A stretch of DNA of 62,916 bases, filler included, from Octopus bimaculoides (GCF_001194135.2; 6 parts of 5 records of this genome joined end to end with filler, not necessarily neighbours in it); one strand, 5' to 3'. Shown: positions 39,932-54,685, counted from the first letter of the whole stretch. Translations and numbers: made by a program. The notes: generated by a model from the letters alone, not told the origin.

Positions 39932-39987
39932 CATGTAGTCACACCACCGACTACACCAAAGAGGCCATATCGCAAGATATTCTGTTC
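39932..39987 (-). CDS. Candidate exon (phase 0->2): EQNILRYGLFGVVGGVTT; alternative donor at 39903 (phase 1)
   Basis: Acceptor actatttgccag matches the preceding phase; donor TG|gtatgc. The + strand is also open here, so the strand is ambiguous. Confidence 0.4.
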
Positions 39988-40609
39988 CTGGCAAATAGTG
40001 ATAATGCATCGTAAGTTAATGTTAATAGTAAAATATTTCTCCCAGAAGTTATCTCTGTATTTTTAATGACTTCGTTAATAGTTCATTAGCTTTTAGGTTT
40101 CTTTTTTTAAGTAGTTCAATAACACATTCATCATTGTTAAATATTAGCCGCCGAGCGCCAAAAGCACCTCTCTCTCTAGTTTACTTATGAAGTAGACGCT
40201 GATTTCCACATCATATTTAGAAACGATATAAATATTGCATGAAAAAAAAAATGATTTATCATGTTATTGAATATTTAGTGCTATATGTCTAAATTTCACA
40301 GGCAAAAAATTTTCTGCTTAAATTATTTATTAAAATATACTGAACTTTGTGTAACTATGGGGAAGATGTCTGATAAAGTGTTGGTTTATAGACTTCGAAG
40401 TTTCAGAATCTTCAAAAATAATGTACTCTGTTGTTTTGAATTAGAAGCTACCGAATAAAATTTTCACGGCACAGTGCATCAAATACACAATGGAATTTTA
40501 GTGAAGGTGAATAGGAAGGAATCGAATTCATATCATATTTTTATGCCAACACATACTTATATACACGTAGTGGTACTCAAAAGAAAACACACAGGCATAC
40601 ACACACGTG

Positions 40610-40691
40610 CACACATGTATATGTTCACATGTACGTACACACATGTATATGTTCACATGTACGTACACATGTATATGTTCACATGTACGTA
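40610..40691. repeat. 26-28-bp minisatellite x3 (CACATGTATATGTTCACATGTACGTA)
   Basis: Seen directly. Confidence 0.9.
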
Positions 40692-40931
40692 AACACATTT
40701 TATATATGAATATATTTGATATGCATTTATTCCATTTTCGAATATTTAAATCACTCTGTAATCAATTAATTCACATATAGAATGGAAAACAAAGCCGATA
40801 TTCGTTAAACTTAGCCAGCTTCTGCATCACCGCTTTTTATATATTTATTTATGCATTCATTTTTGCATTCAGCATATCTCACTGTTACAAAAAAGTTCAC
40901 GTGCATCCAACAATGAAATATGGGTTCTTAC

Positions 40932-40981
40932 ATCTGGAATGCTTGCTTTTACCACCACATCACTAGTATTCTCGATCGTAT
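40932..40981 (-). CDS. Probable exon (phase 1->0): (D)TIENTSDVVVKASIPD
   Basis: Strong acceptor ctttttatcttattttattag, donor GAT|gtaaga. Joins in frame to the 51134 exon (G+AT = Asp). Confidence 0.7.
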
Positions 40982-41366
40982 CTAATAAAATAAGATAAAA
41001 AGTAAGAGTGATCCGACTGATCTGAAAAACCTTCCTTTTTAAGATAGCCTCCAGCATCTAACTTAACCGTCGGTCGTATCTGTACCATGCCTCTTCCTTC
41101 TGTCGTGACTACCACGCCCTCTGTTCTCTACCACTTAAATAATTATGCCGCTCTCGACAATGCACGCTCCAACACTCCAATTATGTCTCCTTTCAAAACA
41201 GTTCACAACAAACCCAGCATGCACAATCTTTCTTTTGCAACAACATGTATGTTTTAAGCCAGCATTGAAACACTACTACTACTACTACTACTACTACTTT
41301 TATCTTTTTCCTCTTTTTCGTTTGCTTCATTACTATTGAGTGAGAGAGCAGCACACGCCATTATTG

Positions 41367-41449
<83 letters not shown>

Positions 41450-42184
41450 ATTATTATTATTATTTCTACTATTCATATTCGTAAAATCTGTAACATAAAT
41501 AATGGTTTATGCTTAATGACACGAAAAATCGCAAATTCTGAAGTTCATGCAACGTGCGAAGCGAAGTAATATCAACCAGGAGAATTTCAATTTTTCGTCC
41601 GCTGTGCACACTATTTTGAGTAAAACATTATTGTGATTGAAATTCAGATTTATAGTTTCTCATATTAGTTCGGATGGGTAATTGGAATGACGTAAATTCA
41701 GGCTCAAAACAAACAACCTCATTAGTGTACCTGCTACAAACAAATGATGTCTCTTTTTTATTTTCCAAAACAAAGCTCAAATGCTCTCAATTCCTTTACT
41801 CAAGTATTAATTGAAACCATGTCGCATACATTTATGAATATTTACTTCAATACAAGCTAACTTTCTTTCTTAAAAGTAACCCAATTTTCATAATTCTAAA
41901 GGTATGTAAAAGGGATGTCACGATTCTCAAAACTTTCTCCAACGAAATTAGTAACCTCAGTGTAGTCAATAAATTTCGTGCTTAACAACAATCTGTTCAA
42001 CGGCACCATCGTGGAGCATTGGTTTTTCTGTTACACATTTCCTAACTGCTGAATAGACTGCTGCATCGTGAAACGGCGTCCCCGCTGTCGATTCTGAACT
42101 TATGTCATTATGAATCATAGTCCAACGCTCTGATCAATGGGCCACTTGTTTTCTCTTCGTGAGTATTTCAGATGTTAAATACTC

Positions 42185-42593
42185 TCTTTTTTCTTTTATT
42201 CTCTTTTACTTGTTTCAGTCATTTAACTGCGGCCATATCTGGAGCACCGTCTTTAGTCGAAGAAGTCGACCCAAGGACTTATTCTTTGTAAGCCTAGTAC
42301 TTATTCTATCGGTCTCTTTTTGCCGAACCGCTAGGTTACGGGGACGTAAACACACCAGCATCGGTTGTCAAGTGATGGTGGGGGGACAAACACAGACACA
42401 CAAACACACAAACACACATACATATGTATATACACATATACGACGGGCTTCTTCCAGTTTCCGTCTACCAAATCCACTCACAAGGTTTTGGTCGGCCCGA
42501 GGCTATAGTGGAAGACACTTGCCCAAGGTGCTACGCAATGGGACTGAACCCGGAATCATGTGGCAAGCTACTTACCACACAGTCACTCCTGCG
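42185..42593 (-). mobile_element. Family A SINE, near full length
   Basis: Reverse complement matches the 9392 copy. Confidence 0.85.
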
Positions 42594-44893
42594 CATATAT
42601 GTTTAGCATGTAACTTCTAAAATACTTATGAATATTGAATGCAGACTTACTCTTACCATAAGTAGCATTAACTGAACCAAGGGAACATCATAAACTTTAA
42701 CATCCCACTCTTCAAATTCAAGATTGAAATTTTAGTATTCGAAGTTGAATACATATTTCTTTGTTTGAGATGGTACATCCAATATTAATTAGAAAGAATA
42801 ATGTATATTGATCTTGAAAACACACTCACAATAAAAAAAAAATTATCAGAAAAAGGATCAATGATAGAATAGTAACGCATATTAAAAATGAAGCATATCT
42901 ACCCATGAATATATACATCCATACATATATACAGGTGTATGTATATATATATGCATGAAGGTACGTGTGAGTGTGAAACTATATATATANNNNNNNNNNN
43001 NNNNNNNNNNNNNNNNNNNNNNNNNNNNNNNNNNNNNNNNNNNNNNNNNNNNNNNNNNNNNNNNNNNNNNNNNNNNNNNNNNNNNNNNNNNNNNNNNNNN
43101 NNNNNNNNNNNNNNNNNNNNNNNNNNNNNNNNNNNNNNNNNNNNNNNNNNNNNNNNNNNNNNNNNNNNNNNNNNNNNNNNNNNNNNNNNNNNNNNNNNNN
43201 NNNNNNNNNNNNNNNNNNNNNNNNNNNNNNNNNNNNNNNNNNNNNNNNNNNNNNNNNNNNNNNNNNNNNNNNNNNNNNNNNNNNNNNNNNNNNNNNNNNN
43301 NNNNNNNNNNNNNNNNNNNNNNNNNNNNNNNNNNNNNNNNNNNNNNNNNNNNNNNNNNNNNNNNNNNNNNNNNNNNNNNNNNNNNNNNNNNNNNNNNNNN
43401 NNNNNNNNNNNNNNNNNNNNNNNNNNNNNNNNNNNNNNNNNNNNNNNNNNNNNNNNNNNNNNNNNNNNNNNNNNNNNNNNNNNNNNNNNNNNNNNNNNNN
43501 NNNNNNNNNNNNNNNNNNNNNNNNNNNNNNNNNNNNNNNNNNNNNNNNNNNNNNNNNNNNNNNNNNNNNNNNNNNNNNNNNNNNNNNNNNNNNNNNNNNN
43601 NNNNNNNNNNNNNNNNNNNNNNNNNNNNNNNNNNNNNNNNNNNNNNNNNNNNNNNNNNNNNNNNNNNNNNNNNNNNNNNNNNNNNNNNNNNNNNNNNNNN
43701 NNNNNNNNNNNNNNNNNNNNNNNNNNNNNNNNNNNNNNNNNNNNNNNNNNNNNNNNNNNNNTATATATATATATATATGCCCGAGTATTGTGCATATCTG
43801 TTTGTGTGCGTACATACACACACGCACATATGTAGGGAGGTAGATTCTTAGAGATAGATTACGTAGAATCATAGATTTAAATTTGAATAGGTATGTATCT
43901 AGGAATGTATGTTTTGATGCATTCAAAATGAAAAACACAATCACATATATCAAAAATTCTATATCCCGAATTGCTCGTATTACACGTAAGTAATAGTCAC
44001 AGGTATCTCTTTATGTCATCGACGAGGACGAGCCTAACTTTTGAAATCTGTTCTGTTTTTCCTGTTGAGTGTATTTTGGCTACAAATGATAGGTCTATTC
44101 ATAGAGAGGCAGTAGGAGTAGAATTTAGAATTCTAGTTGAAATACTTTGTCCTATCGAATACGAATGATGGAATGTGGTTTGTTTGTCATTTACAGTATG
44201 TTCCGAACATGTATTCAATACCCTAATGCCTGAATACATGCTGGGATTTCTAGGTGTACGCACGCGCAAGATATGTCGTTGCCCCAACACTTCATGAAAC
44301 CATTTTGTTATACAATATTTTATTCTAATATTACTGTTTGCCGCATTAGGATTCGGCCTGTGGCCATTTCGAATTCGTATGTTTGTATGTATGTATATAT
44401 ACATACATACGTACATTTTCAAAGTCAAATCTATGATTTTACGTGATCTCTCTATTACCTCCCTACCTATGTGTTTGTACGTCTGTGTGTGTTGTGTGTG
44501 TATGTAGGCACTCAAACGGATATACACGATACTCGTGCATATATATATATATATTATTTTATTTAAAGGTGTTCCAACTGTGTCTGTTTTTTATGTTTTA
44601 TTTATATTCTTGTAAAATTAATATGGGATATAGAATATGGAATATATAATATATAATAGAAGATGGATGGTACAATGAAATGAAGTATTGAATGTCTTAT
44701 TGAATATATGAAATATTGAGTGTTCAATATAAAGAATTAAATATATAAAGGTGAATACGTATTTTCAATACCTTGTGGTATTCATCATGGTCTACGTCTG
44801 ACAGACTGTAATATATATATATATATTCACACGCACACATACATATATATTTATACATATAAATATACATGCACATATATACACACACACACA

Positions 44894-44942
<49 letters not shown>

Positions 44943-45403
44943 GTTTATACACACGCGTGCACACACACACACACACATATTTTATTTTTCTCTGTGTGTG
45001 TAATTTTCTTGTTCCATGCGCGCACAGACACACACACATAATATGTAGAGAAATTCATCATGTGTAGATTTTGATCATAAGAAAAACAGTTGTCTAACGA
45101 AATAATCTGTATACGTAATGAATTAATCTCTGAGTGTCTCTGGATCCCACAAATGCACATAGTCGTGATATTTTCTTCAAATTATTTGTAAGAAGCATTT
45201 TTCATTAAACAAACTTGCAAATACCTCAACCCACTTGGTCCGGAGCTGTGATAAAAGTCACTTGCACAAAGTACCTTTGAGGGAGATCGAGCGAGACTTC
45301 CTAATAGTGTAGCTACATTTCTATACGTCGGCCAAATTTACGTCCTGATATATATTTATGAACACATATAAATGTGCATCCATGCATAAAGACATACAGC
45401 ATG

Positions 45404-45925
45404 CAGGGTCTGATGGGAAAATTGTCGCCATTTTATACTTTTAATTTCGCGTATGCGCGTGGTTTGTTTTCGATTTTGTCAACTACACAATATGGAAGGG
45501 TCACATGAGCACCGTCTGTAAGAAACACAGCACCATGACGCAATTCGCTCTGCCAGAAATTTGGAAACGACTTGCTTTACTGCTTGGTAATCGCGCCGGA
45601 AGCTCCAATGCGAACATTTCAGAGTGTTTGTGTGTCAATCTGAGGACATTGCAGGGGATTCAGAAAGAGTTAGAGGAATCTAATGGTGATTAAGAAGGTG
45701 TTTGAAGTGATCACTAGTGATGGTGACGTTATGCCCCCATTCATCTTCCCACACAGCCTCAGACTCCACAAGGAGGCCTACATCAAGTACCTGTGGAAAG
45801 TAGTGCTGCCATGGGTCTAGAGAGTGGATGCTGGAAGACACTATGTCTAGTAACAGCACTCTGCACCACGCCATAAAAGCCTGAGAACCCAGTCATTGAT
45901 GTTAAACAATTTCTACGACCACATC
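45404..45925 (+). mobile_element. Internally deleted maT-type transposon (left end plus transposase pieces)
   Basis: Starts CAGGGTCTGATGGG. N-terminal HTH-like piece, then SDGDVMPPFIFPHSLRL...VVLPWV*RVDAGRHYV*QHSAP...NNFYDHI. Confidence 0.75.
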
Positions 45926-46503
45926 AGGATCTTTTTTAAAACGGGGGCCACATTTTTCATTAATGTTTTCCGTAGTGTTTTTGGTAGCGAAAGACTTTCA
46001 AACTTCGTATACTTATCTATTTTGTGTTATAGAACAGAAAAATATTTTTGTATTCGAATTTATTTCATGTAAAAAATTGTCTTATTTCGATAATTTCAAC
46101 CAATCACTGACAAGTATTCAGTTGTTTACATTTATTCCTTTGGCTCACTAAGCGATGTAAAGCGTATTTAATCTCCATACTTTCGTTTTATTTGCTTTTT
46201 TCATTTCAAATTTGCTTTANNNNNNNNNNNNNNNNNNNNNNNNNNNNNNNNNNNNNNNNNNNNTTAATTAATTAANNNNNNNNNNNNNNNNNNNNNNNNN
46301 NNNNNNNNNNNNNNNNNNNCTAGCCATGGAGGAATGTAGTGGCGGACAAAAAACAAGACAGGAAAACAAACAGAAAAGGCTTTACGGCCAGACGAGAAAA
46401 ATTATGTGTGTATGAACGCGATGAGGCACGGAACCGAGAGAGACAAAGTGGTGGCGTGTGTTACTTGGCGAAAGCCAAGGAAGGAAAGGATTATTGACCG
46501 GAA

Positions 46504-46539
<36 letters not shown>

Positions 46540-46909
46540 CCTACTGGACGGGATGACAATCCAGGGTAGGATTGCCAACTGAATGGCCTGGTACAACATG
46601 AAATTAAGTGTTTTGCACAAGAACACAGCACATAGCCTGGACCAGGAGTCGAAACCACAATCTTACCATCGTAGTTGCAACACCCTAACCGTTATGTCAT
46701 GTGCCTCCACTTATCGTATTACCAAATAATATATTTAATAAGGTAACCACCAATAACTATCGATAGAACTGCAGTCGGATCAAATACTACAAGGTATTTT
46801 GTCCTACCCTCAAAGGACTCTCAATACACTGAGTTCAAATCGCTCCGAAGCCGGTTATCTTCTTCATCAAGACGGAAGATATCTGATACTGTAAAGAGCC
46901 GGATCGCAA

Positions 46910-47040
46910 CTCGATCTGGTCGAGCTTGCTCGGACATTTTTAGGCTTCATATGCCATTCATCTCGATCCTACTTTAGTTGAGGATGGTCTTCGGGGACGC
47001 ATCTAGCGTCTCTGATGAGTTGATCCACATAGATAGCACC
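46910..47040 (-). mobile_element. RTE-like LINE extreme C-terminal fragment
   Basis: YVDQLIRDARCVPEDHPQLK*DRDEW...VRASST. Confidence 0.4.
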
Positions 47041-47044
47041 TGCA

Positions 47045-47310
47045 TGGAGGTGCGTAGCTTAGTAGTTAGGACGCTAGATTCATGATCGTAAGATTGTGGT
47101 TTCAATTCCAAGACTGGGTGATGCATTGTGTTCTTGAACAAAACACTTTATTTCACGTTGCTCCAGTCCACTCAGCTGGCAAAAATGAGTAATCCTGCGA
47201 TGGACCAGCGTCTTGTCCAGGAGGAAAATTTATACGCCATGAAACCGGGAAACCGGCCCTTATGGGTCAGCATGACTCGAGAAGGAAACTTCAGTTTACT
47301 TTTACCTTTA
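47045..47310 (+). mobile_element. Family C tRNA-derived SINE (related copies at 46530-46710 -, 50662-50920 +, 9000-9245 -)
   Basis: tRNA-like head plus CACGTTGCTCCAGTCCACTCAGCTGGCAAAAATGAG. Confidence 0.75.
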
Positions 47311-47759
47311 CCTGCGACCACAGACGAGAAATTAGCAATCAAAGAACATTCCATGTCATTCGATTGTTAATGCGATCGCATATTTTGCAGCATTTATTTC
47401 AGCTCTTTATGTTCTGAGTTCAAATCCGGCCACGGGTGATGGACGCAATCCGTTACCTGGTTTCACACCAGTGCTTTGCACTTTGTGTCCCTTTAGATGA
47501 GATTCTGTTGCAAGCATTTGGGCCAAATCTTTCCCTCCCATCTGTCCCCGAGACCCAGTAAAAAGGTCGAGGGAACTGCCTTTTCTCTTGATAAAGGATA
47601 AAAGAATGTCTACAATCTGGATTGTGATGCTGTTGGTTTCAATTAACACAAAACTATGGGAGCAGATACTTGTCCAAACTGCTATGTTATGGGATCGATC
47701 CGAGAACTCCGTAATTTCTAAAATTTCTAGATTTTGAGTTTAATCATCATCACCGTTGT

Positions 47760-48230
47760 ATAAGACGGCAAGCTGGCAGAATTGTTAGCGTGTCGAATAA
47801 AATGCAGAGCGACATCTTTTCCGACTTTCTGAGTTCCAATCCCGCCCGGGTCAACATTACCTTTCGTCCTTTCTGGATCGATAAAATGAAGTACCAGTAA
47901 AGTACTGGATGGATCGATGTGAGTGACTTGCCCTACCTCAACTCAAAATTGCCGGCCTTGTGCCAAAATTAGGAAGGATTACTTTTAAGTCAGTTGAAGA
48001 CGATGAACTAGTAACAATTCCGTTAGCGCGTCGAACAAAATGCGTTGCTGCATTTCTTCTGATTTGTTACATTTTTAATTCAAATTCTGCCAAGGTCAAC
48101 TTTGGCCTCCATCCTTTCGGAATGGATAACATAAAGTACCAGTCGATCGGGGTCGACTTGGGGTCGATTTGCAGTGGATTTGCCGCTCTCCATATAATAG
48201 CTGGTCTTGAGCCAAAATTAGATTATCAAC
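47760..48230 (+). mobile_element. Two decayed family B SINEs in tandem
   Basis: Recognisable heads and TCATCCTTTCGG-type cores. Confidence 0.65.
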
Positions 48231-49148
48231 ATCTCCTTTTTTATTTTTTTGCTGAAATTGTGACTTCGCATTGGTGTTGTTGTACTTGTTGTTGTTGTTG
48301 CAGTTATTGGTTTTGTTGTTGTTTTTGTTTTTGTTGCTGTTATTGTTGTTTTATTGCTGTTGTTGTTGCAGCTTAGTCCCAGGTAAAATCTAATTGAGTT
48401 GAACCCGTTTTCAAACAATCAAGCCATGGCTATCCCGTCTTAGACATGTTTCCATTTTAAGTTTCTCTAGGACAGCATTACTCCCGAAATACTTTAGACG
48501 GCATTAAAAAGCTTACTGTGCAGGATCTGAGGGAAAATTAGCTGCTCTTCCTAACAGGTTGCGCAACTGGGTGGATATTCCCTCGTTGGTGCGTTCCAAT
48601 CATAATTAACGTTGCTTTTCTTGTTGTTTTTGTTACAGCTGCTATTATTGTTCTTGCAGTTGTTGCAGTATTTGTTGCTGACTCCATCGAGGAAGTCTGC
48701 GATCAAAGTCATTCTAACATTGATCATTTTGTATATTTTCTTTTAAGAGCCAGGAGCGAATTGCAAGTGTAGAGGTGTATCTGATCTGAGAAAAAATAGC
48801 AACTCTTATATTGCAGAAATTCGAAAGCCTACAACTTACATTTTACAAGCAGCTTTAGCAAGACTTGTTTCGGCTTATTATTAATATCTAAAATAAATAC
48901 AATCGCAAGAATTCACTATATTTTGAACGAATTGCTTTCAAAATGATGCAGAAAATATTTAGTTGGTCCGGAAATGTTGATTCACTCAGAATTGTTACAG
49001 CCAAATAATTCAGAAGATGGCTTAAGCTGAACTTCATAAAAATTGGGCAAAAAATAAAATCCCAAAGTAAAAAAAAATGCGGAACCTCAAATAAAAACTA
49101 CTAAACTAACAAATATGGAACCTAAAATATAAAATTGAATCTTGAGCT

Positions 49149-49528
<380 letters not shown>

Positions 49529-49958
49529 TGGCAAAACATGCTGATTTTTTTCTAATTAGTAATTTTTTTCAAAATTCTTTTCAACTTCTTGTGTAGAGGT
49601 ATGGGTGTAGAATTCAAGGATCTGCTCTTTTGTTTCTTGTTTTTTTTTCTTTTCTTTTCTTTTCTTTTTTTGTTTTTTTTTTGTGTGTGCCAAGAGCTAA
49701 AACGAAAGTATTTCAGAAAAACCAAACGGAGCTCATGACCTTCGACTGGGAGCGAATTCCTATTCTTTGCAGAATTTCATCTTTGTTGGTGGAAATCTCA
49801 AGCCTAATAATCTGCCATGCACGTGCATGCATAAACATATACAAATATACCCATATACATATACACACATGATTATATGCATGCATGCACAAATGCACAC
49901 ATACATTCAAGCATGCAACCATATATATGTGCATACCAGTATACATACATATATATAT

Positions 49959-50010
<52 letters not shown>

Positions 50011-50118
50011 ACGTGTGTAAACATACGTGCATAAATGCGTACACACATATATACATGCGTGCATACCGCATACATGCATACTTGTGAATATACATATATG
50101 CACGAATGCATTCATGCG

Positions 50119-50283
50119 TGTGGCTGTGTGGTAAGTAGGCGCAGGAGTGGCTGTGTGATAAGTAGCTTGCTTACCAGCCACATGGTTCCGGGTTCAGTCC
50201 CACTGTGTGGCACCTTGGGCAAGTGTCTTCTACTATAGCCTGGGGCCGACCAAAGCCTTGTGAGTGGATTTGGNNNNNNNNNN

Positions 50284-50314
<31 letters not shown>

Positions 50315-50535
50315 ATGTTTGTGTATCTGTATTTGTCCCCCCAACATCGCTTGACAACTGATGTTGGTGTGTTTACGTCCCCGTAACAGCGGTTCGGCAA
50401 AAGATACTGATAGAATAAGTACTGGACTTACAAAGAATAACTCCTGAGGTCGATTTGCTCGACTAAAAGTGGTGGTGCTCCAGCATGGCCGCAGTGTAGT
50501 GGCTGAAACAACTAAAAGATAATAAAGAAATAAAA
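50119..50535 (+). mobile_element. Family A SINE with duplicated head
   Basis: GTGGCTGTGTGGTAAGTA precedes a second GGCGCAGGAGTGGCTGTGTG head. Confidence 0.85.
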
Positions 50536-51133
50536 GAATGCATATACACAGAGACATGCATAAAACATGTTTCCACCCATGCATCTAGTTAGTCAGCCAG
50601 CCAGCCAGCCTGCCAGCCAGCCAGTTAGCCTGCCAGCCACTCAGACATGCATATATACATTGTGGAGGCGCGTGGCTCAGTAGTTAGCGTCAGGGACTCA
50701 TGATCGTGAGATTGTGGCTTCGATTCCTGGACCAGGCGATGCGTTGTATTCTTAAGCAACAGACTTCTTTTTACGTTGCTCCGAGTCACTCAGCTGCCTA
50801 AAAAGAGTAATAACACCACACACCGGCTTCCCGTCCGGCGGGGAGTATGTATATCTGAGAATCCGGTAAAAATGGCCCTATAAGTCTATATGACTCGGGA
50901 AGGGGCTCTTTCTTTTACCCTGTATATGTATATAAATATAAGAATATAAGATGACAAGAATCAGCCTTAAAGTTTTGCTTCCACTAGCGAAAGCTATACG
51001 TATCTTTGAGAAAGCTCCATATCAATTTAACTTTATGCGGCATTCGCTGTTAGTTTATGCGCAGGCTATATGAAAGACAGAATGAAGGGGCTTTTGTTAG
51101 CTTATCTCTTGCTGTTGAATGAAATGAACTCAC

Positions 51134-51190
51134 CAGCCAAAGTTTCAAGGTCTTCCTTCAATTTCCTTACAACATTTATATTGGCTGTTT
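51134..51190 (-). CDS. Probable exon (phase 1->1): (x)TANINVVRKLKEDLETLA
   Basis: Acceptor tttcttatcag, donor G|gtgagt. 57 nt, only one frame open. Confidence 0.75.
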
Positions 51191-51437
51191 CTGATAAGAA
51201 ATTTTGCTTTCATGTAAAATAGCTATATTTTGTAGTCATTATCCGTAATCTACTCCCAAAACACTTCAGTACAACGACATCCACAATAACCATCACAAAA
51301 TTTGATTTTCCGTTCCTAAGTTTATCCGAAACATAGATTGCCGTGCTACTCATAAACCTTCTCGGTAGTTCAATTATTCGGTGAAAAAATACCGCCAAAG
51401 CAACTTAAACCGTCCAAAGAACGGGTACGTTTGCTAA

Positions 51438-51935
<498 letters not shown>

Positions 51936-52519
51936 ATCAAAAGCAACAACAGATGAGACTAGCTTTACGTGGTCATAAGATATGCTAAAAATCGCAGCTA
52001 AATTTCCATCAGAAGACAACCAATTTTTCGTGAAGGTTATGTTGGTTAATGTGTTTCTAAGTTTCCACTTCCTAGAACCGAGATGGGATGGTCACCGTTG
52101 AAAATCTATTCTTAATAACTCTGCTCGAGTAGGACCGATCCGGCACTCAACAAAATCATCATCAGCAGCACCACCAGCAGCACCACCAGCAGCAGCAGTG
52201 GCAGCAGCAGTAGCAGCAGCAGTGGCGGCGACTGCAGCTTCAGCAACAAGAGCAAAAATAATAACAACGCCAAAAAAAAAAAAACAGTAAGAAACAAGAG
52301 TCAAACAAGTAACATAGACCTCAACACCAGGGGGTGGTAACACCCTCCAACACTGATGAAATTTTACCTATATTTATATAGGAAACCTCTCAAAGATGAA
52401 GTTTCTAGAAAACTTCAATTTCAAAATATTGATGCTTTTGATCGTAGTCAGCCACGATTGAAGAGACTACGATCAAAAGCATCAAAAGCCTTCCAGTCGT
52501 GACCGACCCGAAGGCCGTG

Positions 52520-53035
52520 AGCTGGAAAATTTTTAGCACGCTGGGCTTTAGGCAAATATTTTCCAGCTTTACGTTGTGAGTTCAAATTCTACTGAGGTCG
52601 ACTTTGCCTTTCATCCTTTCGAGGTCGATAAAACAAATACCGACTGAGCACGAGGTTCGACGTAATCTATTGACCCTCGACTTCAAAATCTCAGACCTTA
52701 TATCTATGCCAGGTGAAGGTGCATGGCTCAATGATTAGAGCATCGGGATCACAATCATGAGGTAGTGAGTTCGATTCACAGACCGGTCTGTGTGTTGTGT
52801 TCTTTATTCCACGTTGCTCCAGTCCACTCATCTGTAGAAACAAATTAATTCGTCATTGGTGCCAAGCTGTATTGGTGTTTGCCTTTCCCTCTGACATCAG
52901 TGGCGTGAAGAGGGGAGGCTGGTATGCATGGGCGACTGCTGGTCTTCCATAAACAAACATGCCCGGACTTGTAACTCGGAAGGGAACTTTCTAAATCCAA
53001 TCTCATGGTCATTCATGATCGAAGGGGGTCTTGTT
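52520..53035 (+). mobile_element. Family B SINE (52520-52710) followed by family C tRNA-SINE (52712-53035)
   Basis: Family C: GGTGCATGGCTCAATGATTAGAGC A-box-like and GAGTTCGATTC B-box-like motifs, then TTTATTCCACGTTGCTCCAGTCCACTCA. Confidence 0.75.
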
Positions 53036-54024
53036 TTATTTACCTATACCAGAATGAAAACAAGTGACCGAGCTGTCTATTTGTTTTTTTCCTTTGTTCA
53101 GAAATTGCTGAGTCATATTAAACAACATGTCTTTTCTAAGACATTAGAGAGCGATAGGATTTGAAGAAAAAATTCGACTGCTATTTCTAGCATATCTATC
53201 GACCACTTAGAGGCCAGTCAGGCCAGGTGCTGTATGACGTCAGTATTTCAGCAAGCTGTACAATGTTTTAGATCAGCCATTGTTATGATAGGTCATGCGT
53301 AAGGTTTGTTTTTCTGTTGTAAAGTTTCAGCTGTCACTCACATCTTTGCCTGTTGTTCTTCATCCTCTTGTTGCTGTTGTTGTGCTGTCCAGATCTGGCA
53401 TTTATTATTTATTGTTTATATTTTCATTTTCATTCTTTGTTGCTGTGGTTGTTGTTGGTTTTTGTTGCGTTTTATCAAGATGGCTTCTCTTATTTTCTTC
53501 CAGTTATTGTCGAAAACTTTCATAAAGGATTATTCGGTTATATTCAAATACTTTCATGTATAGAATGTGGGTATGTATGTGTGCGTAAGCCTGTATGCGT
53601 CTATGTGCGTATATCAGTGAGTATGTGTATGTGTGTATGTGAGTATGTGAGTGTGGTGTGCATCTTTGCGTGCATGCATGCGTTAACGCGAGTTCGTGTC
53701 TTTGTGGCTCTGCGTGTTTATGTATAAATTATATATATATGTATATATATNNNNNNNNNNNTGCATACTTATACACATATTTACATAACATATCATGTAT
53801 ATCATCTCTGATACATATAATTGTGTGTTCGACCGTGTGACACGTTTAAATAAAAGGAGTCCTCTGTTTTTTCCATTCGTCACCATTTCTCCTTTTTGAG
53901 TTCGCACGGTCGTCCCTTACATATATATACATGTGTGTGTGAGGGACAGAGAGAGAGTTTAAGAAGTACCTCACTAGTGCACTCTGTTGTAGATGTTTTG
54001 TTAATCTGTCCAACAAAAACGTAC

Positions 54025-54083
54025 ATTTTTTCTCCTTGTTTTCACATCAGAAATTTTTTCTGAGATCCATTTATCTTCAGAAT
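54025..54083 (-). CDS. Probable exon (phase 1->0): (x)SEDKWISEKISDVKTRRKN
   Basis: Acceptor tactatttcag, donor AAT|gtacgt. Only one frame is open. A linking 0->1 exon upstream was not found and may lie in a gap. Confidence 0.65.
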
Positions 54084-54685
54084 CTGAAATAGTATAGATT
54101 TTTCCCAGCATTCCTCTAAATACACTCGTTGTATAATGATTATCTCTCTCTTTCAATGACACAAACTATTTGAGGACGCCTCTATGTGGTCGCCAATGCA
54201 TGTTAGAAATAGCAACCAAGTCCCTTTTGCAATCACACTCATCCATTCGCTGTTCACTAACTAGCAAGGACCTTTGTTTTCTTGCATTTTCAAGATTTGA
54301 TGGGTTAATTTGTTGATAATTGTAGTGCCTCATTGCAACGGGGACGACACATTTTCAGTTGTGCTAGGTTGACTAAGCTGGATAAAGAATCTCACATAAG
54401 GTCACAGCGTGCCAACCGGTCCGGCAATCGACACCAAAGCCTTTACAAGCCCATGTTCAGTGGCCTAAGCACTGAGCTACTTGGTTTTCAGTGTACTCTC
54501 TTTAAAAAGAGAAATTGGTAAACTGGAACAAAAATGAAGGTGAGGTCTTGGTTGGAACGCCTATGATCATAGAACTGCTCAGTCAGATTTAGGCTGCGGC
54601 TTAATAATTGCTGAGCAACCTAAAAGTATGTTGTTCGATTCTGAGACAGTTATTATGTCACACCATTGTGTGTGTCTATAGGATT

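Noticed and set aside
47457-47586. AG/GT-bounded 130-nt segment with two open frames
   Set aside because: Would break the frame between 51134 and 40981, and it sits among repeat fragments.
53342-53394. Possible exon IWTAQQQQQEDEEQQAK with strong donor gtgagt
   Set aside because: Purine-rich acceptor, lies in a decayed CAA repeat, and phase 0->2 does not fit the next exon (phase 1).
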